From Myxococcota bacterium (GTDB taxonomy: Bacteria > Myxococcota_A > UBA9042 > PHBI01 > JAWLBL01), in the NCBI GenBank assembly GCA_041687695.1, contig JAWLBL010000006.1, forward strand, positions 96,001 through 160,000: a stretch of DNA of 64,000 nucleotides, read 5' to 3'. The notes under the pieces were generated by a model. The model was given only the letters and a program-made list of their open reading frames with translations, did no database searches and was not told the origin of the DNA. Of this stretch, positions 51,107-62,905 are shown piece after piece. The number at the start of each line of letters is the position of its first letter. Within the stretch, counting starts at the first letter, position 1. A program made the position numbers and the translations under genes.

Positions 51107-53526
51107 GCCGCCCAAACGACCGTCCGCTCGCACGCCTGCTGGCGGCCCTCATCGCCATGGCCACGCTCTCGGCCTGCTCCGACGGACCCGGGCCCGCGGC
51201 GCCCTTCGAGGAGACCAAGCAGGCCGACGCCACCCCCGACGAGGACGCCGCGACCCCGGACGGGGCCGACGCCGAGCCCGACGCCGCCGACGCGCCGGCC
51301 GTCCCCGACGTGCCGCCCACCCCCGACGCGGTCCGCGACACCGTCTTCCCCGAGCCCGACGCCGAAGCCGACCCGGGCCCCGAGCCGCCGGGCCCCTTCG
51401 ACCCCGACCCCGAGCCGGTCGAGCCCGACGTCCTGGCCTGCGACGCCGGCCACGCCGCCTGGGCCGCCCGCGCCCTGGTCGCCGTCTACGGCCGCCGCCC
51501 TCTCGGCTCGGCCGAGGTCCGCGTCTGGGCCCGCCTCGCCGAGCAGGCCGGCCGCGCCGTCGCCCTCGACGCCATGATGCGGTCGCCCGAGTACGTCGAC
51601 CGCTGGTTCGACTTCCTGCTCGACGCCCTGCGCGTCAACCGCGTGGGCGACAAGAAGCAGGACACCTGCTACGGCGGCCCGGTCAAGGGCGACGACCCTC
51701 CAGACGAGCCCGGCCAGCTCGCCGCCTTCGTCCGCGACGCGCCGCCCATCGGCGGCGGCTCGGCGGGCGCGTTCAACATGACGGATCTGGTCCGCTCGGC
51801 GCTGCGGCTCGACGACCTCAGCCCGGTCTACCGCGGGCACCTCTTCGCGATGCTCTCCAAGCCCCTCACCGGCGCCAACGTCGACGACCTCGAGATGGAG
51901 ATCACGCGCCGCCGCGACTTCGGAGAGGTCTTCGAGGCCGCCTACCTGCACCGCAACGCCACCTGCACGGTGTGCCACAACAGCACCTTCAGCGTCACCG
52001 GGCACGCGGACCCCGAGCTGGACCGCACCTGGGAGATCCCGGGGCACTTCGAGACCGCCCTGTTCGAGACGCCGGCGGGGCGCCCGGCCGAAGAGGTCCA
52101 CGCCATGCTGCGCCGGATGGGCGTGGGCACCGACAGCATCGCCGCCGCGCGGCCGTGGGGCTGGGCGCCGGTGTGCGGCCGCATCGTCAAACCCGAGAAC
52201 ATCAAGCCCGACCCGGTGGGGACCGACGCCTTCTTCATCGAGGCCCACGGCGCCTACGGCAGCGTCTGGCAGCTCGAGGGCGCACTGGCGGCGGGCTTCG
52301 AAGGGCTGCGCCAGGACGGCCTGGACCGCGACCCGGTCACGCTCGCGGTCCCGGGTCCCGAGGCCTTCGCCTATCTGGTGTCGGTGAACCTCGCCAACCA
52401 GGTCTGGACCGAGATCATGGGCCACCCGCTGACCATCGCGAACTACTTCCCACGCAACCGCGGCCAGCGCGACGCCCTGTGGCTGGCGACCGAGCGCTTC
52501 GTCGAGCAGGGCTTTTCGCTCAGGGCCCTGATCCGCCACGCCGTGCTGGACCCGCGCTTCAACCAGCTGGACCCCGAAGCCGGCTGCGGCGCCGACGACG
52601 GCTACTACATGCGCCCGACCTTCGACCCGTGGACGGTCCACGAGGACGACCCGGCGCGCCAGGGCAACGGCGCGGGCGATCTGCTGGTGCGGCTGCCGGC
52701 GCGGACGCTGCTGCGGACGATGGTGGCGGCGCTGGGCTGGCCGGCCCCGTCGCGGTGGCCGAGCGGCGCCGAGGAGACCCTGCACGTCGCCATCGGGGCC
52801 TTCACCAAGGACGCCGAGCCGGGCTTCCGCGGGGTCGACTTCCAGGGGCTGCTGGCCTGGGAGGACGCCCACGGGGTGTGCAGCCAGCCGATGCTGGGCG
52901 AGCTGACGGGCCCGGGCTGCACGCCGACCGACAAGAAGGGCTGCGGCGGCTGCTCGTGCCAGGCCTGCGTGTGCGATCTCGACCCCTACTGCTGCGACAC
53001 CGCGTGGGACGGGCAGTGCGTGACCGAGTGCGAGGAGGACTGCGGCGGCTGCGACGTCGAGACCGTCCCCGAGCCGGTCGAGGACTTCGTCGCGCGGCTG
53101 TTGGCGGCCGCCGACGGCGACGCCGGGCTGCGCCTCGAGGAGGTGGTCGTCGCGCTCAAGGACCGGCTGCTGCAGGCGCCGGACATCGCGCCGGACGAGG
53201 CGCCGCTGCTCGAGGCGCTGCTGGGCGCGCCGCTGGCCACGCCGGTGGGCGAGGTGCCCGAGCTGGACGCCCGGCTGCGCGTGCTGTGCGGCCTGCTGGC
53301 CCAGACGCCGCAGTTCCTGCTGTCGGCCGCGCCCGAGGCGACCGACGCGGCCGGCCCCGAGCTGGTCCTGCCCGGCGAGTCTCTGGCGGACCATTGCGAG
53401 CGCGTGCGCCCGCTGTGGGACGCCGACACCTGGTACCTGTCGTGCGGCGACGCCGACGTCCTGCTGCTGCCGCCCCTGCCTGCGAAGCCCAACCCGACGC
53501 CCCCCGACGAGCAGGCGCTCCCGTGA
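51103..53526 (+). CDS. Lipoprotein partner of DUF1501 with a CxxCH heme-c motif and Cys-rich insert
   Basis: ATGA overlap with the upstream gene, LSAC lipobox, CTVCH, ANQVW..IMG.PL and FSLRALIR (DUF1553/DUF1585-like), CVCDLDPYCCDTAWDGQC. Confidence 0.75.
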   Translation: MSRPNDRPLARLLAALIAMATLSACSDGPGPAAPFEETKQADATPDEDAATPDGADAEPDAADAPAVPDVPPTPDAVRDTVFPEPDAEADPGPEPPGPFDPDPEPVEPDVLACDAGHAAWAARALVAVYGRRPLGSAEVRVWARLAEQAGRAVALDAMMRSPEYVDRWFDFLLDALRVNRVGDKKQDTCYGGPVKGDDPPDEPGQLAAFVRDAPPIGGGSAGAFNMTDLVRSALRLDDLSPVYRGHLFAMLSKPLTGANVDDLEMEITRRRDFGEVFEAAYLHRNATCTVCHNSTFSVTGHADPELDRTWEIPGHFETALFETPAGRPAEEVHAMLRRMGVGTDSIAAARPWGWAPVCGRIVKPENIKPDPVGTDAFFIEAHGAYGSVWQLEGALAAGFEGLRQDGLDRDPVTLAVPGPEAFAYLVSVNLANQVWTEIMGHPLTIANYFPRNRGQRDALWLATERFVEQGFSLRALIRHAVLDPRFNQLDPEAGCGADDGYYMRPTFDPWTVHEDDPARQGNGAGDLLVRLPARTLLRTMVAALGWPAPSRWPSGAEETLHVAIGAFTKDAEPGFRGVDFQGLLAWEDAHGVCSQPMLGELTGPGCTPTDKKGCGGCSCQACVCDLDPYCCDTAWDGQCVTECEEDCGGCDVETVPEPVEDFVARLLAAADGDAGLRLEEVVVALKDRLLQAPDIAPDEAPLLEALLGAPLATPVGEVPELDARLRVLCGLLAQTPQFLLSAAPEATDAAGPELVLPGESLADHCERVRPLWDADTWYLSCGDADVLLLPPLPAKPNPTPPDEQALP

Positions 53527-54392
53527 GGCGTCTGTCCCGCCGGCTCGCGGCCCTCGCGGTCGCGCTCCTGGTCCTGGCCTTCGCGGTCACCGCCCTCGCG
53601 GCGGGAGGCCAGGTCCAGCGCCACGCCTTCCGCACCCAGGCCCTGGACGAGGTCCGCCACTACACGGTCTACCTGCCGCCCGGCTACGACGCCGACCCCG
53701 AGCGGCGCTACCCGGTCGTCTACGTCCTGCACGGCATGGGCGGCTCGGACCGCGACTTCTTCGAGCGCGGCGGCCTCGCCCGGCAGCTCGACACCCTCAT
53801 CGCGGCGGGCGAGGTGCCGGCCCTCATCGCCGTGGGCCCGGACGGCGACAGCGGCTATTGGGTGAACCACCTGGACCGGCCCACTCGCAAGGGCCGCCGC
53901 TTCGGCGACTATGTCGCCCTGGATCTGGTCGCCGAGGTCGACGCCCGCTTCCGCACCCGCCCCGACCGCGCCCACCGCGCCCTGGCCGGCGTCTCGATGG
54001 GCGGCTTCGGCGCCGTCTCGCTGGCCCTGACCCACCCCGACCGCTTCGGCGCCGCGGCCAGCCTCTCGGGCGCCCTGTTCGCCGAGGCGCCGACCCACCG
54101 CAAGATCTACCGGCCGGTCTGGGGCCACCCGCCGGACGCCGCCCACTGGCGCCGCACCAGCGCCGTGGCCCTGATGAGCCGCCTCGAGCCCGGGCCCGCC
54201 GCGCCCCGCCTGTACCTCAGCTGCGGCCGTCAGGACCGCCTGGAGTTCGCGCCGCTGGCCCAGGCCGCCTCGGATCTGTTGAACGCCCGCGGCGTCGACC
54301 ACGCCTTGCGCCTGACGCCCGGCGGCCACACCTGGGATCTGTGGGCCGCCGAGGGGCCGCACTGGCTGCGCTGGGTGGCCCGCCCCTGGTGA
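53523..54392 (+). CDS. Exported putative esterase (alpha/beta hydrolase)
   Basis: GTGA overlap, VYLPPGY, YPVVYVLHG, GVSMGG, CGRQD, GGHTW. Confidence 0.88.
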   Translation: MRRLSRRLAALAVALLVLAFAVTALAAGGQVQRHAFRTQALDEVRHYTVYLPPGYDADPERRYPVVYVLHGMGGSDRDFFERGGLARQLDTLIAAGEVPALIAVGPDGDSGYWVNHLDRPTRKGRRFGDYVALDLVAEVDARFRTRPDRAHRALAGVSMGGFGAVSLALTHPDRFGAAASLSGALFAEAPTHRKIYRPVWGHPPDAAHWRRTSAVALMSRLEPGPAAPRLYLSCGRQDRLEFAPLAQAASDLLNARGVDHALRLTPGGHTWDLWAAEGPHWLRWVARPW

Positions 54393-54656
54393 CCGGGCAC
54401 TATCGCCCTCGATTCAGGAATGGCCAATGAAACCCGCCGGTTTCATCGGGCATCAGCTCGTCCTGAGTCCATCGTGCAGGCGACGGCGACGTTTCTTGAC
54501 GTCGTCGGTTTCCAAGGTCAAACGGGGGCCGCCCAACGTCTGGCTTGTCCGACGCGGGCGCATGCGCTTACCTTACGCGTATCCCTCCCCGCAGCCCTGC
54601 GGACACTCCCCGCTTGCCTCCTCCCCTCCCGCGTTGCCCACGAGAAACGGCTCGTC

Positions 54657-55277
54657 ATGCCCATCCCCAAGCTTGGTGACATCATCGAGGCCTACTGTGG
54701 CCGCTGTAAGCTGAACCTGGACACCTCGGTGGCGGCGGTCGTCGGCGAGGAGATCGTGTCGGTCGTCTGTCGCACCTGCGACGAGAAGCAGAAGTTCCGC
54801 CCGCCCAGGCCCGAGAAGACCGTGGCGCCGCTGGCGTCGCGCACCGCCGCCGGCGGCGGGCGCCGCGTCGTCGACGTGTCGGCGATGAGCAAGTCCAACC
54901 GGTCGAGCGCGGGCAAGTCGCGCACGGCCACGCGCCGCCCGGTCCGCACCGACGAGCACCCGCGCCCGGCGGCCACCCGGCGCCAGCGCAGCGACTCACC
55001 CGAGATCATCGCGCTGCGGGCGATGTTTCAGCGGTGGGACCAGGCCACCGCGGGGGTCGACAGCCGCTTCGCACGGCCGCACCGCGAGGAGGAGGCCTAC
55101 GACCCGGGCGAGGCGATCCTGCACAAGATGTTCGGCATGGGCATCGTCGAGGACCGGACCGAGGACGGGACCCTGACCGTGCTCTTCCGCAACGGCGTCC
55201 ACAGCCTGCCCTCGACGCCGCCCGAGCGCCTGCCGCCGCCGGTGCTCGACCTCGACCAGGAAGACCCCGAGGTCTGA
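54657..55277 (+). CDS. Hypothetical protein with CxxC...CxxC Zn-ribbon and C-terminal Tudor-like domain
   Basis: YCGRCK...VCRTC at the N-terminus; YDPGEAILHKMFGMGIV...LTVLFRNG at the C-terminus. Confidence 0.75.
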   Translation: MPIPKLGDIIEAYCGRCKLNLDTSVAAVVGEEIVSVVCRTCDEKQKFRPPRPEKTVAPLASRTAAGGGRRVVDVSAMSKSNRSSAGKSRTATRRPVRTDEHPRPAATRRQRSDSPEIIALRAMFQRWDQATAGVDSRFARPHREEEAYDPGEAILHKMFGMGIVEDRTEDGTLTVLFRNGVHSLPSTPPERLPPPVLDLDQEDPEV

Positions 55278-55455
55278 CCGCCCGAGCGCCGCGCCAAATG
55301 CCGCGCGCGGCCGGCCCCGCACCGCGGGCGACCTTCGCGTTCGCATCCTTGTCGGCCCCACGGCCCTCGTTTAGGCTCCGCTCCCGTCCGCCCACCCGTG
55401 ACAGGTGGCGCCGACCCCCAAGCCTACCGCGACGACGAACAAGGGAGCACGAGCC

Positions 55456-56391
55456 ATGGCGAAGCAGGCGCAAGGCAGCGAGCGTGTCCGCGAGATCCTG
55501 AGCTGGTACCGGTCCGACAACCCCGGGGTGTTGACCAACCTGTACCGGCTCTTGATGACGGGCCGCCTCGCCGGCACCGGCAAGCTGGTCATCCTGCCGG
55601 TCGACCAGGGCTTCGAGCACGGCCCGGCGCGCAGCTTCGCCAAGAACCCGCCCGCCTACGACCCGCGCTACCACTTCGAGCTGGCCATCGAGTCGGGCTG
55701 CAACGCCTACGCGGCGCCGCTCGGCGCCATCGAGGCCGGCGCCGCGGACTACGCTGGGCAGATCCCGCTCATCCTCAAGGTCAACAGCAACAACTCGCTG
55801 TTCTCGGACGCCAACCCGGTCTCGGCCGTGACCGCGTCGGTCGACGACGCGATTCGCCTCGGCTGCGTCGGCATCGGCTTCACCATCTACCCGGGCACGA
55901 CGCACTCCAAGCAGATGTTCGAGGAGCTGCGCGAGCTGACCATCGAGGCCAAGCGCAAGGGCCTGGTGGTCGTCACCTGGTCGTACCCGCGCGGCGAGCA
56001 GGTCTCGAAGAACGGCGAGACGGCCATCGACGTCGTCTCGTACGCCGCGCACCTGGCCGCCCAGCTCGGCGCGCACCTCATCAAGGTCAAGCCGCCGACC
56101 GCGCACCTCGAGCAGGACGAAGCGCGCAAGGCCTACCAGGGCCACAACCGGCCCATCGAGACGCTGGCCGACCGCGTGCGCGACGTCGTCCAGTCCTGCT
56201 TCGCCGGCCGGCGCATCGTCATCTTCTCGGGGGGCGCCGCCAAGGGCACCGACGACGTGCTCGAGGAGGTGCGCCAGATCGCCAAGGGCGGCGGCTTCGG
56301 CTCCATCATGGGCCGCAACGCGTTCCAGCGGCCCAAGGACGAGTCCATCAAGCTCCTCCACGACGTCATGGACATCTTCGCGAAGGCGTGA
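55456..56391 (+). CDS. fbaB: Class I fructose-bisphosphate aldolase (DhnA type)
   Basis: GTGKLVILPVDQGFEHGP, AYAAPLG, WSYPRG, GAHLIKVK, IFSGG, IMGRNAFQRP. Confidence 0.93.
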   Translation: MAKQAQGSERVREILSWYRSDNPGVLTNLYRLLMTGRLAGTGKLVILPVDQGFEHGPARSFAKNPPAYDPRYHFELAIESGCNAYAAPLGAIEAGAADYAGQIPLILKVNSNNSLFSDANPVSAVTASVDDAIRLGCVGIGFTIYPGTTHSKQMFEELRELTIEAKRKGLVVVTWSYPRGEQVSKNGETAIDVVSYAAHLAAQLGAHLIKVKPPTAHLEQDEARKAYQGHNRPIETLADRVRDVVQSCFAGRRIVIFSGGAAKGTDDVLEEVRQIAKGGGFGSIMGRNAFQRPKDESIKLLHDVMDIFAKA

Positions 56392-57410
56392 TGCGGCAAC
56401 TCGGGTTTCGTACGTTCATCCTGGGGGCGGTCGCGTTCGGCGCGGCCGCCCTGGTCCTGTCCCCCGCGCCCTCGGCCCGCGCCGACGGCGGCGACACCGG
56501 CGACGAGCCCGCCGGCATCCCGCCCGAGACCGTCGGCACCTGGTCGTTCAAGGCCTCGGACCGGCCGGTCAAGGCCATCGTGCTGGGCGGATCGGTCACC
56601 GCGTGGCCCAAGGGCAACTTCGGCCAGTTCCTCGAGGGCGCCTGCAAGCGCGTCGAGGTGGTCAACCGCGGCAAGGCGCGCATCGGCGCCGTGCAGCTCA
56701 AGGAGCGCTTCGTCAAGCAGGTGCTCAGGAACCGCCGCGTCGACCCCAAGGCCCACGAAGAGACGTGGCTGCTGTTCCAGGGCGGCCTGAACTCCATCGG
56801 GACGCCCGAGAAGACCAACAAGTACGTCGCCGACATCTTCAGGCTGGCCTACGAGCACGGCATCAAGACGGTCGGCATCACGCTGGGTCCCTGGGGCGCC
56901 GAGAAGGACAAGAAGCGCTGGGCCGGCGCGCGCGGCCTGCAGTACCTGTCGTACATGCGGCTCGCCGTCGACTTCGTCATGGGCCGCCTGACGCCGGCCG
57001 AGGCCCTGGGGGACCTGGCCAAGGGCCGCGACAGCGCCGAGTGGCTCCCCGGCGAGCTGCCCACCATCGGCGTCGATCTGTACGCCTCCGAGCTGCGCGA
57101 CAAGGACGCGCCGCTACGCGACGGCGAGCGGCTGATGCGGCAGGTGCAGCTCGACGCCTTCGCCAAGCGCAAGCTGGCCGAGGTGGCCGAGGGCGAGCGC
57201 GAGTCCCTGTTGGCCCAGCTGGTCGAGCAGGCCCGCGAGATCCCGCGCTACTTCATGAGGAAAGAGCTGCACGCCTTCGACCACATCCACCCCAACATGG
57301 AGGGGCACCGGGTGATGGCCAAGGCCATCTGCCCCAAGCTGCCGGCCTCCTGGGGCTGCGAGTGCGCGGCCATCGACCGCCTGCAGTGGGGCAAGGGCGG
57401 CCTGCAGTAG
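56391..57410 (+). CDS. Exported SGNH/GDSL-like hydrolase
   Basis: TGATG coupling to fbaB, signal peptide, VLGGSVT, GGLNS, DHIHPN. Confidence 0.78.
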   Translation: MRQLGFRTFILGAVAFGAAALVLSPAPSARADGGDTGDEPAGIPPETVGTWSFKASDRPVKAIVLGGSVTAWPKGNFGQFLEGACKRVEVVNRGKARIGAVQLKERFVKQVLRNRRVDPKAHEETWLLFQGGLNSIGTPEKTNKYVADIFRLAYEHGIKTVGITLGPWGAEKDKKRWAGARGLQYLSYMRLAVDFVMGRLTPAEALGDLAKGRDSAEWLPGELPTIGVDLYASELRDKDAPLRDGERLMRQVQLDAFAKRKLAEVAEGERESLLAQLVEQAREIPRYFMRKELHAFDHIHPNMEGHRVMAKAICPKLPASWGCECAAIDRLQWGKGGLQ

Positions 57411-57455
57411 CCCGCCCCCGGGCGACGCGGCTCGCTAGACTCTCCGGCTCGCCGC

Positions 57456-57576
57456 CGCTCCGGACTGCACGAGCTCGCCCGTGCTGCGGAGTCGACGGTT
57501 CGCTCCGCTCCGGAGTCGACCCTTCGCTCCGCTCCGGAGTCGACGCTTCGCTCCGCTCCGGACTGCACGAGCTCGC
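57456..57576. repeat. Intergenic REP-like composite repeat
   Basis: Three tandem 24-bp units CGGAGTCGACnnTTCGCTCCGCTC (57487-57558), flanked by two copies of CGCTCCGGACTGCACGAGCTCGC. Confidence 0.85.
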
Positions 57577-57633
57577 TGGTGCTCCGGCCTGGCGCAGCTC
57601 GCTGCGCCGAATGGCACGGCGCGTGGCCTCGGG

Positions 57634-58697
57634 CTACTGGCGCTGCTCGAGCCGCCCCAGGACCTCGCGGGCCACGAACGGGTCCGCGATGGCCTCGGCC
57701 CATCTGGCCGCCCGCGCCTCGTCGCCGCGTCGCAGGCTGACCTCGACCAGCGCCGCCCGCGCCTCGTCGGCCTCCGCGCCCGCGCCCTCGGCCAGCCCCT
57801 CCAGCAGCCGCTCGGCCTCGGCCGCTCGCCGGGTCGCCGTCAGCAGCCCCGCCAGGTGCAGCGCCGCCGGCGCCGCGACCGCCGGGCTGCGCTGCAGATC
57901 CCGAAGCGCCCGCTCGGCGTCTCGCGGGCGCCCCAGCGACAGGTCCGCCCGCGCCCGTAGCAGCAGGGCCAGCGGGTCGACCCGCCCCTGCAGCGTCGCC
58001 CGGGCCGCCTCGGGCTCGCCGGCCGACAGGTGCAGCTCGGCGCGGGCGTGGACGTCGTCGCCCAGGGCCCGCTCGAGGCTCGGCCGGCGGTCGCGGCGCA
58101 GGACCAGCAGCGCCTCGCCGGGCACCACGTCCTCGCGGACGGTCACCACGGCGGCGAGCTCGCGCGCGACCGTCCACAGCGCGGGCAGATCGGCGGCCGC
58201 CAGCAGGGCGCCGGGGGCGTGGCGGTCGCGGACGGCGACGTCCAGGACCAGCACCTCGGTCGTGCGGGCCCACAGGGCGCGCAGCGCGTCGTGCACCTCG
58301 GCGTCGTGGTCGTCGGCGTCGGCGCGCGTGTTGAGGGCGCCCGAGCAGACGACGGCCTGGGCGGCCGGGCCGGGGGCGAACGCGTCGGCCAGCGCCAGGT
58401 CCCGGTCCGGCCAGCGCGCGCGCGCGCGGTCGAGGGCCGCGGGGAAGAGGTCCTCGCCGCGGTAGTGGCCCCGGAAGCCGGCCGCGAGCAGCGGGGTCAG
58501 CAGGGCGGCCTCGCCGCAGCCGGCGTCCAGCAGGCGCTCGAGGCGGTCGATCGGCTGCAGCGCCTCGAGGATGGCCGCCTGGCGCACGCGATGGGCGGCG
58601 TCGGACTCCCAGCCGACGCGGCGGGCGGGGGAGGGCGCGTCGGCCAGCGGCGCGTAGAAGCGGTGGGCGGCCCGGCGGCGGCGGTCGGCGTCCGGGG

Positions 58698-58701
<4 letters not shown>
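57634..58701 (-). CDS. Class I SAM-dependent methyltransferase-like domain + TPR-like C-terminus
   Basis: GTG start overlapping the kinase stop; VGWES, LLDAGCG, YRGED, VVCSGALN; helical TPR-like tail. Confidence 0.75.
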
Positions 58702-60647
<1,946 letters not shown>

Positions 60648-60732
60648 CGGCGTGAAGCTAGCCCGACCCGGGGCCGCGCGTCCACCGGTCCACAAGCGCC
60701 CAAGGCGTAGCGTCCACCCGCGGCCAAACCGG

Positions 60733-62193
60733 CTAGAGCAGCGGCGACCAGAGCTGGGCGACCGCCTGCGCGATGCGGCGGAAGTAGCCGAGGCGGCGCT
60801 GGGATTCGAGGTCGATCTCCCTCGCGTCGCGGAGGTCGTCGAGGAAGACGCGCGACAGCTCGCGGGTGAAGGCGCTGTCGAAGACCATCACGTTCAGCTC
60901 GTAGCTGAGGTGGAACGAGCGGGTGTCCATGTTGGCCGAGCCGACGGTGGCGACCCAGTCGTCGACCAGCAGGCTCTTGGCGTGCACGAAGCCGCGGGCG
61001 TACTCGAAGATGCGGACGCCGGCCTGCAGCAGATTGGGGTAGTAGGCGCGCGAGGCGAAGTCGACCAGGCGGCTGTCCGAGCGCGAGGGGACGAGCAGGC
61101 GCACGTCGACGCCGCGCAGGGCGGCGGTGACGAGGGCCTGCTCGATGACGGCGTCGGGGATGAAGTAGGGGCTGGTCACCCAGATGCGCTTGCGGGCGAG
61201 GGTGAAGGCCTGAAAAAAGAGCTGGTGCAGCGGCGACCAGGTGCGGTCCGGGCCGGAGTCGACGACCTGCACGACGCTGCCCTCTTCGGCGTCGAGCGGC
61301 GGCTCGGGGTAGTAGCGCGGCTCGTCGAGCAGCTCGCCCGTGGTGGCCAGCCAGTCCTCGGCGAAGGTGCCCTGCAGGGCCAGCGCGGCGGGGCCCTCGA
61401 TGCGGACGTGGGTGTCGCGCCAGTGGCCGACCTCGGGGTTGAGGCCCAGGTACTCGCGGCCCACGTTGATGCCGCCGGTGTAGCCGACCCGGCCGTCGGC
61501 GATGACGATCTTGCGGTGGTTGCGGTAGTCGATGCGGTCGCGGCGGCGCAGGCGGTAGAGCAGGTTGACCGGCGCGTAGTAGGCGGCCTGACCGCCGGCC
61601 TCGACGAGCGGGTCCCAGAAGTCCCCCGGCAGCGCGATGCTGCCCACGGCGTCGCACAGGACCCGGACCTGCACGCCGCGGCGGGCGGTCGCGGCCAGGC
61701 GGTCGCGCAGGGCGCGGCCCGTCTCGTCGGGCTGGATGATGTAGAACAGGACGTGGACGTGGTCGCGGGCGCCCTCGATGGCGTGGATCATCGAGCGGTA
61801 GGTCGCGGCCGCGTTGATGAGGAGGTCGCAGCGGTTGCCGGCGCTGGGCGGGGGGCCTTCGAGGTTGCGGGCGAGCTGCGTGAGGATCTGGGTGCGCGCG
61901 TCGCCGAGGGCGGGGTCCTCGACGCCGCGCGCCTTGCGGACGTACTCGTGCTTCATGAGCACGGCGTCGATGCGGGCCTTGAGGTGGCGGCCCTCGCGGC
62001 GGCGGCGGGCGAGGCGCTTGACGCCGAAGGTCAGGTACAGCAGCACGCCCAGCAGCGGCAGGAGGAACAGGGCCAGCACCCAGGCCATGGTGGCCGCCGG
62101 TTGGCGGCGCTCGAGCAGGACGAAGCCGAAGATGGTGACGAGCTGCAGGAGCAGCACCGCGAGGCCGATGAGCAGGCTGACGTCGACGTTCAT
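60733..62193 (-). CDS. cls: Cardiolipin synthase
   Basis: Two N-terminal TM helices and two HKD motifs (RNHRKIVIADG, HAKSLLVDD), SPYFIPD, GSANMD.RS. Confidence 0.93.
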   Translation of the reverse strand: MNVDVSLLIGLAVLLLQLVTIFGFVLLERRQPAATMAWVLALFLLPLLGVLLYLTFGVKRLARRRREGRHLKARIDAVLMKHEYVRKARGVEDPALGDARTQILTQLARNLEGPPPSAGNRCDLLINAAATYRSMIHAIEGARDHVHVLFYIIQPDETGRALRDRLAATARRGVQVRVLCDAVGSIALPGDFWDPLVEAGGQAAYYAPVNLLYRLRRRDRIDYRNHRKIVIADGRVGYTGGINVGREYLGLNPEVGHWRDTHVRIEGPAALALQGTFAEDWLATTGELLDEPRYYPEPPLDAEEGSVVQVVDSGPDRTWSPLHQLFFQAFTLARKRIWVTSPYFIPDAVIEQALVTAALRGVDVRLLVPSRSDSRLVDFASRAYYPNLLQAGVRIFEYARGFVHAKSLLVDDWVATVGSANMDTRSFHLSYELNVMVFDSAFTRELSRVFLDDLRDAREIDLESQRRLGYFRRIAQAVAQLWSPLL

Positions 62194-62861
62194 CGACGCG
62201 CCTCCGGGGCGGGGACGGCGACGGCGGCCGCGGCGAGGCCGCCGTCGTGGGTCAGGCTGACGAGGATCGGGGGGCCGCCCGGCAGCGCGAGGGCCGGGGC
62301 GCGGTCGGCGCCGCCGGTCCAGGTGGCGGCGGCCGGGTCGGCGGCGGGCAGGAGGGGGCGCAGGGCTAGCAGGGCCGCGGCGCGGGCGGTGGCGGAGGGG
62401 GCGCCGCGGGCGGGGAGGGCGCCCCAGGCGATGGCGTGGGGGGCGGCGCCGGGGGCGTGGGCGGTGGCGAGGGCGAGGACGACGCCGGCGACGCGGGTGA
62501 CGGCCAGGGCGAGGGTGGCGAGGCCGCGGGCCTCGAGGGCGGCGCGGGCGGCCGGGCCCAGATCGAAGGCGAGGCGGCCGTCGGCGGCGGGGACCACGCG
62601 GAAGTCGCCCAGGGGCGCGCCGAGGACGCTGGGGAGGCCGACGGCCTTGAGGGCGGCCTCGCGGGCGGCCCAGGGGACGGCCAGCTCGCCTCCGGGGAAG
62701 GCGTCCAGCTCGGCGGGCGAGAAGATGGCGCGGGCGCGCGTGCCCCAGCGCTCGCGGGCCTGGGCCATGCGCGCAGGCGGGCACAGGTCGATGCCGATCC
62801 CGGCGATCGCCGCGAGGGCGCTGGGTCCGCTGGGGGCGAGCGCGTCCATGGCGGACGTCAT
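62190..62861 (-). CDS. AcpS-like 4'-phosphopantetheinyl transferase with partial second AcpS-like domain
   Basis: IAGIGIDL, IFSPAE, WAAREAALKA; the C-terminus ends in VSLTHDGGLAAA. ATGA overlap with cls. Confidence 0.65.
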   Translation of the reverse strand: MTSAMDALAPSGPSALAAIAGIGIDLCPPARMAQARERWGTRARAIFSPAELDAFPGGELAVPWAAREAALKAVGLPSVLGAPLGDFRVVPAADGRLAFDLGPAARAALEARGLATLALAVTRVAGVVLALATAHAPGAAPHAIAWGALPARGAPSATARAAALLALRPLLPAADPAAATWTGGADRAPALALPGGPPILVSLTHDGGLAAAAVAVPAPEARR

Positions 62862-62905
62862 AGCCCGCGGCGAGGGAGCGCGCCAGGATCCTGGGTCCGG
62901 TGGGC

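Noticed and set aside
57487..57558. 24-bp repeats as a mini-CRISPR
   Set aside because: The units are directly tandem with no spacers.
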